NCBI GenBank assembly: GCA_038727095.1
Contig: JAVYWK010000007.1
Coordinates: 1-64,000 of the forward strand
Direction of reading: 5' to 3'
From: Thermofilaceae archaeon
GTDB lineage: Archaea > Thermoproteota > Thermoprotei > Thermofilales > Thermofilaceae
DNA: 64,000 bases
The translations under genes and the position numbers were made by a program. The notes under the pieces were generated by a model. The model saw only the letters and a list, made by a program, of their open reading frames with translations, was not told the origin of the DNA and did no database searches. Shown piece by piece: positions 9,879 to 19,685 of this stretch; within the stretch, counting starts at the first letter, position 1; every line of letters begins with the position of its first letter.

Positions 9879-10681
9879 CGTTCATGCTCTTCGTAATCGG
9901 TCCAGCAGGCTCGGGGAAATCCTCTTTCGTTGCTGCGTTTTCGGACTGGCTGGAGAACTTCGAAATACCGTCCCTCACCGTCAACCTTGACCCAGCTGCC
10001 GAGTACATCCCCTACACGCCTGATATCGACGTGAGGGACTACGTCACAGCCAGGCAAGTTATGGAGGAGTACATGCTGGGACCGAACGGTGCGATAGTAG
10101 CCTCCGTCGATCTGATGCTGAACATCATCCCTAGTCTCAGGGAAGAGATACACGAGGTGGCAACCGAGGGTTACGTGCTCCTCGATACTCCGGGGCAGAT
10201 GGAGATCTTCGCTTTCAGGCGAACAGGAACCGAAATCGTTAAGGAGCTCGTAGGCGATCGCGGAGGCGTACTATTCATCGTTGACGCCGCGCTTGCTACC
10301 TCCTCCTCGGCGTTCGCCTCTCAGATTTTCCTGGCCTCATCCGTTTACTACCGGTTCAGAATTCCGCAGTTCAATGTTTTTAACAAGATTGACCTTTTAA
10401 GTGAAGCTGAGCTCGAGAAGATGATCAACTGGGTTAGGGAACCAACGAGCCTCCTTGACGAGCTGGAGAAAGAGGTTAGCGGCGAAGAAAGGCTAGTCGT
10501 CAAAGGCCTCCTCGAGGCTGTAAAGGGGTTCCTCGAATCCTTCTCCATTTACTTTGCGTCCGCAAAAACGGCGCAAGGTTTGGATAGCGTCTACGCCGAC
10601 CTCCAGAAGTTGTACAAGGGTGGAGAAGACTACGAGCTACCAGAGCACCTTCGCGAGCTCAGGGAGCGAGGGCCCACTTAG
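9875..10681 (+). CDS. GPN-loop GTPase
   Basis: GPAGSGKS, VNLDPA, LGPNG, DTPGQME, NKID. Confidence 0.95.
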   Translation: MTFMLFVIGPAGSGKSSFVAAFSDWLENFEIPSLTVNLDPAAEYIPYTPDIDVRDYVTARQVMEEYMLGPNGAIVASVDLMLNIIPSLREEIHEVATEGYVLLDTPGQMEIFAFRRTGTEIVKELVGDRGGVLFIVDAALATSSSAFASQIFLASSVYYRFRIPQFNVFNKIDLLSEAELEKMINWVREPTSLLDELEKEVSGEERLVVKGLLEAVKGFLESFSIYFASAKTAQGLDSVYADLQKLYKGGEDYELPEHLRELRERGPT

Positions 10682-11397
10682 ACCAGGACTTCAAGTGATT
10701 TTTGTGTCAACGCGAAGACTAGTCCACCCCCAGTCACGTGAGGCTGTAGGAAGTCGAAGGTCGTAAGCAACTTGAGAATGAAGCGACGCTCTCGTCCGAG
10801 CAGATCTAGCAGGGCTCTACCAACGATCGAGCCTCCACTCTCTAAAACTTCAACAAGTACATCCCTCCCTACAGTCGCAGCCTCGCCGAGCGCGCATGAG
10901 ATTAAGTCTACTGCGGACGGCGCAGACCATACCGGTAAAGCGGGAGTCTCGTCGCACCTCTGAATCTCTATGGGGATGCCGAAAATCCCAGCGATGCGAT
11001 CAACGGTAGTTACGAGGCTCTGTGGAGCTTGTCTGGGGACCTTAACCTTAACCACCATTCTCGTGCTTCTGCTCCATATGCTAGATAACGCGATCATAAC
11101 ACTCACATGTGGCACAATGACGTTGAGCGCGATTTCGTCAGAGTAGCCGTGATCCTCGCGACAGAACCCGCGCAACCACCTGAATACGCGGTAAACCTGC
11201 GATGGAGCTATGCTTTCTAGAAGCTCTAAGGTCACGTCTTCACGATCGATCATCGCTGAAGATTGGATCAGGCGCGAGGCGTGGCGGGGCGTGATCAGTC
11301 CGTCAAGTACCATCGCCCGAAACAATATGGGTAGGCTGGAGCTGGAAAAGGAGGGGCGCGGCAGCGGCTTCGACTTGCAGAATGTCAGTTCGATCAT
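10678..11397 (-). CDS. Hypothetical protein
   Basis: 239-aa ORF filling the gap between genes; TATA-like sequence upstream; no recognised motif. Confidence 0.55.
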   Translation of the reverse strand: MIELTFCKSKPLPRPSFSSSSLPILFRAMVLDGLITPRHASRLIQSSAMIDREDVTLELLESIAPSQVYRVFRWLRGFCREDHGYSDEIALNVIVPHVSVMIALSSIWSRSTRMVVKVKVPRQAPQSLVTTVDRIAGIFGIPIEIQRCDETPALPVWSAPSAVDLISCALGEAATVGRDVLVEVLESGGSIVGRALLDLLGRERRFILKLLTTFDFLQPHVTGGGLVFALTQKSLEVLV

Positions 11398-11441
11398 CTA
11401 CAGTAACCCCAACTAAGGTTATTTAAAGGTCATCATAGTAA

Positions 11442-12575
11442 GTGAGGGAATGGATGAGTGGGGAACAAGTGAGGTCAGTGTTAGTGCTATGCGTTGATAG
11501 GGACAATGATATCGGCGAAGTCACGGGATTCGAAACTCCGATAGTCGGAAGTGAGCAACTCAGCCGGGTGGCTCTCGAATTCGCAACTAAAAGGCCGGAG
11601 GATTCAGATGTGAACGCAATCTTTGCTGCGCTTAGGCTCTACCAGGATCTCAAACGGAGTGGCAAGCTCGAAAACGTTGAAGTGGCCCTCGTAGCCGGAC
11701 ACAAGGACGAGGGGTTGAAAGCAGACTTGCGCATAGCTGAAGAGCTCGACCGCATACTTTCGTCTAAGAAGTTTGACGGGGCGGTGCTCGTTTCGGATGG
11801 CCCGACGGATGAGCTGGTGCTCCCCCTCATTCAGTCGAGGCTTCCCGTCCTCTCCGTACAGCGAGTACTCGTGCAGCAATCGAGGGGGGTAGAGGAGTCC
11901 TTCATACTCTTCCTCCGCTACCTGAGGAGGCTGTTCGAGGAGGAGAAGTACAAGAAGTACGCGTTGGGTGTGCCAGGCGCATTAATCACGATGTACATCT
12001 TGCTTTCACTCACGGTTCCGGCCTATGTGTGGCCTCTAATCACGGTTTCCATCGGCTTGGCAATGCTCGTGAAAGGGTTTTCCCTTGATGCACGCTTCAA
12101 GCAGGTATACGCGTCTTCCCCCATACTTTTTACGGCCATTATAGCCTCGATGCTCATCGCAGCGTTGGCACTGGCAACTGGAATTAGCAGCGTGACTGCT
12201 CTTGGGAGCGTTGATTTTCTCAAGGCGATCGGCTACTTCCTCCTCACCAGCTTAGGCGAGCAGATGCTAGTGCTAGATCTGCTTTTCCTCGCGATCCTCC
12301 TCCCCCTCGTTGCCCTGGCTCTCGAAGCGTTGCTGGGCGATAAACGATTCGGCACAAGCGAGGTCGGCGCTGTTGCGATCGCAGTTGTACTACGTCAAGT
12401 AATCTTCGAGTACGCTCGACTTCTAGTCGGGGCTGGGAGCATTTTCACGTTGCTACTCTGGGTTGTCATTGCCATCCTAATCCTAACGGTGCTAGCGTCG
12501 ATCCTACCGTTAAGCCGGCTTAAGCTTCAGCAGAGAATACACGGCGGTAGTGTCAGTAAGCAGACGATTAAATAA
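11442..12575 (+). CDS. DUF373 family membrane protein
   Basis: LVLCVDRDND, PEDSD.N, VSDG..DE, VQQSRGVE, then TM helices. Confidence 0.9.
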   Translation: MREWMSGEQVRSVLVLCVDRDNDIGEVTGFETPIVGSEQLSRVALEFATKRPEDSDVNAIFAALRLYQDLKRSGKLENVEVALVAGHKDEGLKADLRIAEELDRILSSKKFDGAVLVSDGPTDELVLPLIQSRLPVLSVQRVLVQQSRGVEESFILFLRYLRRLFEEEKYKKYALGVPGALITMYILLSLTVPAYVWPLITVSIGLAMLVKGFSLDARFKQVYASSPILFTAIIASMLIAALALATGISSVTALGSVDFLKAIGYFLLTSLGEQMLVLDLLFLAILLPLVALALEALLGDKRFGTSEVGAVAIAVVLRQVIFEYARLLVGAGSIFTLLLWVVIAILILTVLASILPLSRLKLQQRIHGGSVSKQTIK

Positions 12576-13663
12576 TGGAACTCGCGATTACACCACGCAT
12601 GTCAGAGTATAGCGGGTTTGCGACGCCCAAAGAGGGCGTAACCCTCTGCCTTCTAGTCTCGGGCGCACAGCCGCAGTTAGGAGCTAGAGAGGCTGAGGCA
12701 ATACTTGGGAGAAGTCTAACGCGCTTAAGCAACCGTCTTCACATTGCTCAGGCCCACGATACTAACGAACTGGGCGAAATGTTGCAAAGGTTGTACGACT
12801 CCGTACTACTGCAAGAAGCTGTTATCGTCAAAGCAATATCTATGAATCCACCGTCCGGGAGAGATTTTTACAAATCATTAGCTGCCGCATGTAGTTGGAG
12901 CGAGTTAAAAAATAGATCCTTTGCCGTTACTGTTAGAAAGTTAGGGGGCTACCCCTCCATCAGCTCGATGGAGTTAGCCGCGTGCGTGGCTGAAGGTATT
13001 ATTGAGTCGCTGGAAGGTAGCTTTAGAGTCGATTTAGAGATTCCAGACATGAATATACGCCTAATCACCTCGAAAGACGCCGCAGTGCTAGGAATACAGG
13101 CTCTCGATTTAAGGGGTGACAGGCATAGGTTGAGATCTAAGAGGTTCAAGGTTTTCAAGCACCCAGCCTCCCTGACGCCTGAAGATGCGGGGATTCTAGT
13201 CAACTTGACTAGCTGGCGCAGCCCCCTCATCGACCCTTTCTGCGGTTCGGGAACCGTTGTGGTGGAAGCTTGCATAAGGGGTTTAGAGGCAGTTGGCTTA
13301 GACATCGATCCTCGCGCGGCTAGAGGCGCGCATCTCAACCTAGCTTTGTTCTCATGCGGCGCGCGGGGTCATATCGTCGTGGGAGATGCCACACGTCCCC
13401 CCTTCAGAGCCGGAGCGTTCAGAGCCATAGCTACGAACCCACCCTACGGTCGAATTCTGGCCGCGAAGGAATCCTCACTGGGGCTAGCTCGATCAATGCT
13501 GAACGAAGGAGTCCGTATAACCGCGCGCGATGCAGTCTACGCGCTGGTCCTACCCTCCCCTCTCAACCTGAGCGAAGAGGGCTTCCACGTAGAAGCTTAT
13601 CCCGTGCGCGTTCATGGCAAGCTCACGAGATATTTTACGGTGGTGAGGAGGAGCGATGGTTAA
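12575..13663 (+). CDS. THUMP-domain RNA (m2G-type) methyltransferase
   Basis: THUMP (SFAVTVRK, VDL..PD), HPASL, DPFCGSGT, TNPPYG. Confidence 0.82.
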   Translation: MELAITPRMSEYSGFATPKEGVTLCLLVSGAQPQLGAREAEAILGRSLTRLSNRLHIAQAHDTNELGEMLQRLYDSVLLQEAVIVKAISMNPPSGRDFYKSLAAACSWSELKNRSFAVTVRKLGGYPSISSMELAACVAEGIIESLEGSFRVDLEIPDMNIRLITSKDAAVLGIQALDLRGDRHRLRSKRFKVFKHPASLTPEDAGILVNLTSWRSPLIDPFCGSGTVVVEACIRGLEAVGLDIDPRAARGAHLNLALFSCGARGHIVVGDATRPPFRAGAFRAIATNPPYGRILAAKESSLGLARSMLNEGVRITARDAVYALVLPSPLNLSEEGFHVEAYPVRVHGKLTRYFTVVRRSDG

Positions 13664-14618
13664 GGGATCCGCGCGCGTGACGTTTCTGGGCACTGGTGCT
13701 TCATCTCCCACGAAGAACAGGTGGTTACCCGGCATCCTAGTGAGGATTCGCAACGAATTTCTCCTGCTCGACTGCGGGGAAGGTGTTCAATACCGAATTC
13801 TGACTGCTGGATTGAGAGTTAACAAGCTTTCAGCCATTCTCATAACGCATCTGCACGGCGACCATGTGTACGGGCTGCCCGGCCTACTAGAATCGCTCAA
13901 TAATTGGGGTAGAATCAAACCTCTAACAGTCGTCGGCCCGCAAGACCTGCTAGCGTTTCTCGAATCCCTGCGACTTCGCGGTAAGTTGAACTACGAAATA
14001 GTGTTTGTAAGTGCGCGCGATAAGTTGTCTTTCAGGGGGGAGGGATACACAGTAAAGGCGGTAGCGGTAATGCACGGGCTCGAAGCCTATGGTTACGTGA
14101 TAGTTGAGGACCCCCTACCCGGGGAATTTAATGCCGCTAAAGCAGAAGCGCTAGGGATACCGCCTGGCCCAGAAAGGATGAGGCTAGTTCAAGGTTACCC
14201 TGTAACGCTACCTAATGGTAGAGTCGTTCATCCGAGCGAAGTAGTGAGTCCGAGCAGAAGGGGATTAAAGATTGTATACAGCGGCGATACCACACCCTGC
14301 ACCACCTTAGTAGAGGCTGCTCGAGATGCCGATTTACTCATCCATGAAGCAACGTTCGCGTCCGGACACGTGTACGAGGCAGAGAACAGTTTCCACTCGA
14401 CTAGCGTGGACGCCGCACAAACGGCTCAAAAAGCAAGTGTAAAGTTCCTCTTTTTGACCCACTTTAGCAACAGGTATAGTGAAGGTGATTTATCTCAACT
14501 TTTAAGTGAGGCACGCAGTATATTCAAGGAAACATTTTTGGCTAGAGATCTACTGCAGCTCGAACTACGAAGACTTTATATGAATGGATTAACAATATGG
14601 TTTAATAATCTCTCGTAA
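13656..14618 (+). CDS. rnz: Ribonuclease Z
   Basis: FLGTGA..P, THLHGDH, GIPPGP flexible arm, SGDT, HEAT, HST, THFS.RY. Confidence 0.95.
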   Translation: MVKGSARVTFLGTGASSPTKNRWLPGILVRIRNEFLLLDCGEGVQYRILTAGLRVNKLSAILITHLHGDHVYGLPGLLESLNNWGRIKPLTVVGPQDLLAFLESLRLRGKLNYEIVFVSARDKLSFRGEGYTVKAVAVMHGLEAYGYVIVEDPLPGEFNAAKAEALGIPPGPERMRLVQGYPVTLPNGRVVHPSEVVSPSRRGLKIVYSGDTTPCTTLVEAARDADLLIHEATFASGHVYEAENSFHSTSVDAAQTAQKASVKFLFLTHFSNRYSEGDLSQLLSEARSIFKETFLARDLLQLELRRLYMNGLTIWFNNLS

Positions 14619-14667
14619 GTCCGTCCTGTGCTTCGATCAAAGTTGCTCGCAGTAATCCCCGCGGAGA

Positions 14668-15102
14668 CTATGGATCTGGAGGGCTTGTAATCTCCTCGAC
14701 TGGTACCCCTTGCACTGTTCGAGGAGTTAACCAGAGTATTGCTGCCTCCGGATCCTCGCAGTTCACCTCAACAATTATCGGTCCTAAGGGGCTTTCTTCG
14801 AATTCGTATGTACAGAAACTGACTTTGCCGACGTACGCGGCCTGCTTATTGATGTAGAACGTAAACCCGCTGGCTGTTAAGCCCTTCAACATGAATGTGC
14901 GCGCGGCATCGAGGATCCTTTGCTCGAAGAGGAGGCGCCTGAATTTGACTAAGCTGCTTGCATCACCCTCCCCTACTAGGAAAGTGCCCTCCCCCACTTG
15001 CTCTTCAGTGAGTTTTACGTCGAAGAGATTCGTAACGGCCCTAGCGACTTTTTCTTTGTCCTCGGTCGGCCTGACTTCTACTCTAACGAGAACCCTCATC
15101 AC
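14668..15102 (-). CDS. UPF0201/DUF54 RNA-binding domain protein
   Basis: V.PTED.EKV..A..N, QRILDAAR, NKQAA.VG, ESPLGPI. Confidence 0.9.
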   Translation of the reverse strand: MMRVLVRVEVRPTEDKEKVARAVTNLFDVKLTEEQVGEGTFLVGEGDASSLVKFRRLLFEQRILDAARTFMLKGLTASGFTFYINKQAAYVGKVSFCTYEFEESPLGPIIVEVNCEDPEAAILWLTPRTVQGVPVEEITSPPDP

Positions 15103-15113
15103 TGCGACCCGAG

Positions 15114-15311
15114 TTACACTATTCTGACACGGTTAAGCTTCTTGTTCTGCCACGAGTACTCTTTCATCCTGCGGGATCTACCGAAACCGCATGCCGCGCA
15201 GTAGCGCTTCCTTACGTTGTAGCTGTGCCGACCGCATCGGCGGCATCTGATGTGGGTCTTCTTCCTTCCTCTCTTACCGAAAGACGTGGTTCCCTTCACC
15301 ACAGTTACCAC
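15114..15311 (-). CDS. rpl37e: 50S ribosomal protein L37e
   Basis: [24 protein letters not shown]. Confidence 0.96.
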   Translation of the reverse strand: MVTVVKGTTSFGKRGRKKTHIRCRRCGRHSYNVRKRYCAACGFGRSRRMKEYSWQNKKLNRVRIV

Positions 15312-15318
15312 CCTTATA

Positions 15319-15537
15319 TCATGCTGCGGGGCTTATGAGGATCACATTATCCCCCCTAACTACGACATGCCCCAGCTTACGTGTACGGCCTTCCTTAACC
15401 TCCTCTGCTTCCTCGAGTAGTAAGTTGAGGTGAGAGTCGAAGCTCTTTAGCACCCCTCTCAGCTCTCTGCCACCCTTAAGTTTCACTAGTACTTGCTTAT
15501 TCACTGAGATTCTGAGCAAGTTGAGTGTAGAGCTCAT
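15319..15537 (-). CDS. Sm-like archaeal protein (SmAP1/LSm)
   Basis: [25 protein letters not shown]; directly upstream of rpl37e. Confidence 0.95.
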   Translation of the reverse strand: MSSTLNLLRISVNKQVLVKLKGGRELRGVLKSFDSHLNLLLEEAEEVKEGRTRKLGHVVVRGDNVILISPAA

Positions 15538-15605
15538 TTTTCGTGCACCTTCACCGGCCTCTGTCGATAACTCTATATAAGCCAATCGCCACGGTGCTGT
15601 TGAGG

Positions 15606-15682
15606 GGGCCCGTGGCCTAGCATGGAAAGGCGCCGGCCTTCGGAGCCGGAAAACCCGGGTTCAAGTCCCGGCGGGCCCGCCA
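15606..15682 (+). tRNA. tRNA-Arg(UCG), intronless
   Basis: GGGCCCG/CGGGCCC acceptor stem, CCGGC-CT-TCG-GA-GCCGG, GCCA end. Confidence 0.96.
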
Positions 15683-15808
15683 CCCGTTCGATCTTTACTG
15701 ATGGTTGATCAGCTGAGCGCAGCTAGCCCCAGGTAGTTAGTGGGAAAGTTCTAAGGCGTCCCTTGCGTACCGCCTGACGAGCTCTCCTCGCAGGTACGTC
15801 TTAATCGG

Positions 15809-18013
15809 CTACAGTGTGACATAGTCTTCAACCGTGGGTAAGCGTGGCGGGAGCCCTTTTCGCTTCCGGATCTCCATGATTAAGTCCGTGAGAACCGACT
15901 GGGGGACTGGATACCAGTGCGAGAACTCTGTGGCCCAGAAAGCTCTTCCCTGCGTGGCTTCGCGCATCTCATCAGCTAGATTGAAGGACTCGCTGACTGG
16001 TATCTCCCCGAGCACTCTCATCAGCACGCCGCGCTGCTCCAAGTTTAAGATCTTTCCTCTATGCTTATTCAAAACGTTTAACGCTCCGCTTAGCCACTCC
16101 TGCGGGACTCGCACCTCGATTTTTAGAATGGGTTCGAGGAGCGTTGGTGCAGCATCCATGAAGCTGGCGAAGATAGCGTTCTTGGTGGCTGGCATTATCT
16201 GGGCAGGCCCCCTATGTGCTGGATCTTCGTGGAGCTGAGCATCGACGAGAACCACCTTGGCCCCCCTTACGGGCTCCTGGGCTAGTGGCCCAGCTTGCAT
16301 AGCCCAGCGGAAGCCCTGAACTATCGTGTCGGCCACCTCTCGCAGGTACTGGACGCCGGTCGTCCTATTGACGAATATGTTGAAGTTCTCGTCGATGTCC
16401 CAGATCCCTCTAGCCTCGTCAGTATCCCAGCCGGCGTACTCCCTCAGTAGTTTAGCCCGCTCCCTCCACTCCTGGTCTGCATACACTTTGCCCTCCTGCA
16501 TGAGTTTCAAGGTTTCCTCGTTCAGAGGCTCAATGTAGATGTAGAGCCTGTTGTGCTTGTTTGGCGATTTGCCCTCAAACACGTTGCCGCGCTTCCTTAC
16601 TGTCTCCCTGTACCTAACGATTGGCTGCGACGTGATGATGTCTAGACTAGTCCTTTGCTTCAGGTCCCAGAGAACGATTTCCAAGTGCAGGGTGCCCATG
16701 CCGCTAATTAGGTATTCACCGGTCTCCTCGTTTATGTAGACCTTTAGGGTGGGATCCTCGATGGCGAGCTTTCTCAGTGAATCGACGAGTTTGGGTAGAT
16801 CGCTGCTCCTCTTTGGTTCCACAGCGATAGTTACTACCGGCTCGCTGATGTAGCTCATCCGCTCAAACGGGACCATCGAATCCTTGTACTTGATGTCGAC
16901 TACAGTTTCACCCGCCCTTGCCTTCTCCAACCCTAGTAAAGCTACGATGTTTCCAGAGCTCACTTCATCGATTTTCTCCCTGTAGGGTCCCATGTACAGG
17001 CTGACCTGGAGAACCTTACCGCCGTCCCTCGCATTGAGAAGCCATACTTCGTCACCCGGCCTTACTGTTCCACTGAAGACCCTGCCGGTCGCTACGAAAC
17101 CAGCGTGGGGATCGGCCACTACCTTACTGATGGCTATCACTAGCGGGCCCTCTGGGTTGCACTCCAGCATCGCTCTGCCGATCTCCCCATCCAGGTCGCC
17201 TCTCCACAGCTTGGGAACCCTGTACATCTGCGCCTCCCTCGGATTGGGTACGTGCTCGACAATCATGTCGAGTAGGGCAACGTGAAGCGGGAAGTCGTTC
17301 GCCAGCTGATCGTGGTACCCCTTTTCGTAGGCGTCGATTATGTAATCGAATTTTACACCTTTCTCAACCGCTATGGGTACCGTCAAGCCCCATTTATGGA
17401 GGGCACTTCCAAAAGCTACCTGACCCTTCTTAAAATCCACTTTCCATTTGTCCTTGAACTCGGGGTCGGCGTACATCTCGACAAGCACGTTGAAGTCGCG
17501 CACTATCTCCACGAACCGCTGCTGTATTTCCTGGGGGCTCAGACGGAGCTCCTTAATCAGCCTGTCCACCTTGTTTATGAAGAGTAAGGGTCTCACGTAC
17601 TCGTTCAACCCCTGCCTCACAACGGTCTCTGTCTGCGTCATCACGCCCTCCACAGCGTCAACCACTACGAGCCCACCGTCCATCAGCCTAAGGCTTCTGG
17701 TAACGTGGCCCGTGAAGTCCACGTGGCCGGGCGTATCCACAAGGTTGATCACGTAGGGCTTACCCCTCCACTCGTGGTAAAGCGAAATGTTAGCCGCCTT
17801 TACCGTCATCTGCCTCAGCTGCTCGATTTCCACGTAATCGAGAGCCAGAGCTTTACCAGCAACCTTAGGGCTGAGAAGGCCCGCTGCCATTAGTAGAGAG
17901 TCGGAAGTCGTCGTCTTCCCGTGATCTACGTGCGCTAGAGTCCCTATGTTACGCACTTGCTCTACGTTCCTCATTATCCTGGCTATCTCTTCGACCTGTT
18001 TGAAGCGCACCAT
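15809..18013 (-). CDS. fusA: Translation elongation factor EF-2
   Basis: AHVDHGKTT, DTPGHVDF, NKVD, diphthamide loop HEDPAHRGPAQ. Confidence 0.98.
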   Translation of the reverse strand: MVRFKQVEEIARIMRNVEQVRNIGTLAHVDHGKTTTSDSLLMAAGLLSPKVAGKALALDYVEIEQLRQMTVKAANISLYHEWRGKPYVINLVDTPGHVDFTGHVTRSLRLMDGGLVVVDAVEGVMTQTETVVRQGLNEYVRPLLFINKVDRLIKELRLSPQEIQQRFVEIVRDFNVLVEMYADPEFKDKWKVDFKKGQVAFGSALHKWGLTVPIAVEKGVKFDYIIDAYEKGYHDQLANDFPLHVALLDMIVEHVPNPREAQMYRVPKLWRGDLDGEIGRAMLECNPEGPLVIAISKVVADPHAGFVATGRVFSGTVRPGDEVWLLNARDGGKVLQVSLYMGPYREKIDEVSSGNIVALLGLEKARAGETVVDIKYKDSMVPFERMSYISEPVVTIAVEPKRSSDLPKLVDSLRKLAIEDPTLKVYINEETGEYLISGMGTLHLEIVLWDLKQRTSLDIITSQPIVRYRETVRKRGNVFEGKSPNKHNRLYIYIEPLNEETLKLMQEGKVYADQEWRERAKLLREYAGWDTDEARGIWDIDENFNIFVNRTTGVQYLREVADTIVQGFRWAMQAGPLAQEPVRGAKVVLVDAQLHEDPAHRGPAQIMPATKNAIFASFMDAAPTLLEPILKIEVRVPQEWLSGALNVLNKHRGKILNLEQRGVLMRVLGEIPVSESFNLADEMREATQGRAFWATEFSHWYPVPQSVLTDLIMEIRKRKGLPPRLPTVEDYVTL

Positions 18014-18223
18014 CCGGACTCGCTTCGAGCTTTAGGCTGATCTTTTATAAGGTTTCTGCGTTGGTCCAGCCCGCTTTGCACGTATCTCCTTGCGGCAGCA
18101 CCGAGCTTGAGTAAGGCTACACTTTTGAGAAATGCGCGATTTTTACGAGCTCAGCATCTCCAACTCAAGGTTCAAGAACGGCCGCGACCCTGCTGGCAGG
18201 TGCATGATCGATTCGTGCTAGCG

Positions 18224-18778
18224 TCAGGCTTTATCGGGGTGCAGCCGCAAGTATTCTCTCACGAAGGTTTCCAGCACTCTTTTTACCCCCTCCACGTCGA
18301 GAGCTGCTGTATTGATCACGATATCTGCTATTGAAAGATCCTCTATATCGACTCCGTAATACTTGAGAGCCCTAGCTCTGTTGCTCAACTCCCTTGTTCG
18401 CACCTCCTTCTCGACCTCAACGATAGGTTTAGCCTCCCTTTTCGCGACTCTTTCGACCCTCACCTCTAGGGGGGCCACGAGCACTATCTTCAAGTCCGCG
18501 TGTTCGCTTAGGAGCCACACAGCTAAGTGGCCCTCTATGACGACTCCTCCCCGCTCAGCCTCTCTGAGAGCACGCACGTCAACCTCCCTATCAATACTCT
18601 CGTCCAACTCAGCCAGCCTGTGGAGTTCAACCAAATCGATGCCCCTCTCCTGAGCGATTCGCCTAAACAGCTCTCCGCTCGAAACGTACCTCAGGTTGAA
18701 AACCTGAGCAATGTGCCTGGCATAGGTCGTCTTGCCGGTCCCGGGTTTACCGCTGACCGCTACCGTTAAGCGCCTCAT
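18224..18778 (-). CDS. cmk: Cytidylate kinase (archaeal)
   Basis: SGKPGTGKTT, SG..FR..A, YYGVDI.D.S; downstream of rpl34e. Confidence 0.92.
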   Translation of the reverse strand: MRRLTVAVSGKPGTGKTTYARHIAQVFNLRYVSSGELFRRIAQERGIDLVELHRLAELDESIDREVDVRALREAERGGVVIEGHLAVWLLSEHADLKIVLVAPLEVRVERVAKREAKPIVEVEKEVRTRELSNRARALKYYGVDIEDLSIADIVINTAALDVEGVKRVLETFVREYLRLHPDKA

Positions 18779-18782
18779 GACT

Positions 18783-19049
18783 CTACCTTGATGTGTATAA
18801 AACATCGACGGTGGATTTCAGCGCAACCTTCAGGCATGTGGGGCACAGATAGCCGCCGTAAATCCGGGTGGGAGGCCTATGACCCCTCCGCTCTTCCCTC
18901 GACGTCATCTTGGGGAAGCCATGCAGCGGACGCTTGCATAGGGCGCACTTGGGGTAGTCGTGCCTCTTATCGACTACGCGCAACGCCAACCTGCCACCAG
19001 GCGTGCGCACGAGCTTCCACTTGCTTCTCCTTATCGATGGCCTCGGCAT
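18783..19049 (-). CDS. rpl34e: 50S ribosomal protein L34e
   Basis: RTPGG, CALC..PL, R.YGG.LC..C. Confidence 0.95.
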   Translation of the reverse strand: MPRPSIRRSKWKLVRTPGGRLALRVVDKRHDYPKCALCKRPLHGFPKMTSREERRGHRPPTRIYGGYLCPTCLKVALKSTVDVLYTSR

Positions 19050-19098
19050 CGCGAGGTGCCCTACTCCAGCTTTAAAAACTTTGAAGGCTGAGTGATGC

Positions 19099-19587
19099 GT
19101 GCAGGTGAGCGAACTCTTCAGTGGGAGTTTTTCCGTGATCGCGGCTACAGCCCTGATCTACGCTCTCTTCGCACTGTTGAGGGCTGTAAGCCGCCTGGTC
19201 ATCAATAGAGCAAAGCTGGAGAAGATAGAGGCTGAAGTCAAGTCGTGGGAGGAGCGAAGGCGAAGGGCTATTCAGAGCCGCGATATGAAGCTTTACGAAC
19301 GCGTGCAGAGGGAGCAAGCTAGGATAGATAAGTTGAGGAGGGAGGCCGACCTCGAGAGGATGAAGGCATCGGCCGTATCTATTGTTGCATGGCCCATCCT
19401 CCTCACACTGCTTTGGAGGGTGACCGGCGACCCGGTCGTCGCACTCGCCCCTGCACCGTGGGGTTACACGCAGATTACATTCTCCGCTTGGTTTATTGCA
19501 AACGCCATTTGGGCGAACGCGCTTCTCGATAGAATCGCGTCGCTTCTGCATCAGGCATTCACGGCTGGAAAGCAGTCCCACGGGTAG
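19099..19587 (+). CDS. EMC3/TMCO1 (DUF106, Oxa1-superfamily) membrane protein
   Basis: TM, coiled coil, two TM architecture; adjacent to rpl34e/cmk. Confidence 0.7.
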   Translation: MQVSELFSGSFSVIAATALIYALFALLRAVSRLVINRAKLEKIEAEVKSWEERRRRAIQSRDMKLYERVQREQARIDKLRREADLERMKASAVSIVAWPILLTLLWRVTGDPVVALAPAPWGYTQITFSAWFIANAIWANALLDRIASLLHQAFTAGKQSHG

Positions 19588-19685
19588 CTACACGCTATAA
19601 CTGACTTAGAGATCCTTACTCAGTTGCGGTCGAGAGAGAAACTTTATAAACGAATGTTAAAGGCATTCACTGCAAAGGTGGGAGT

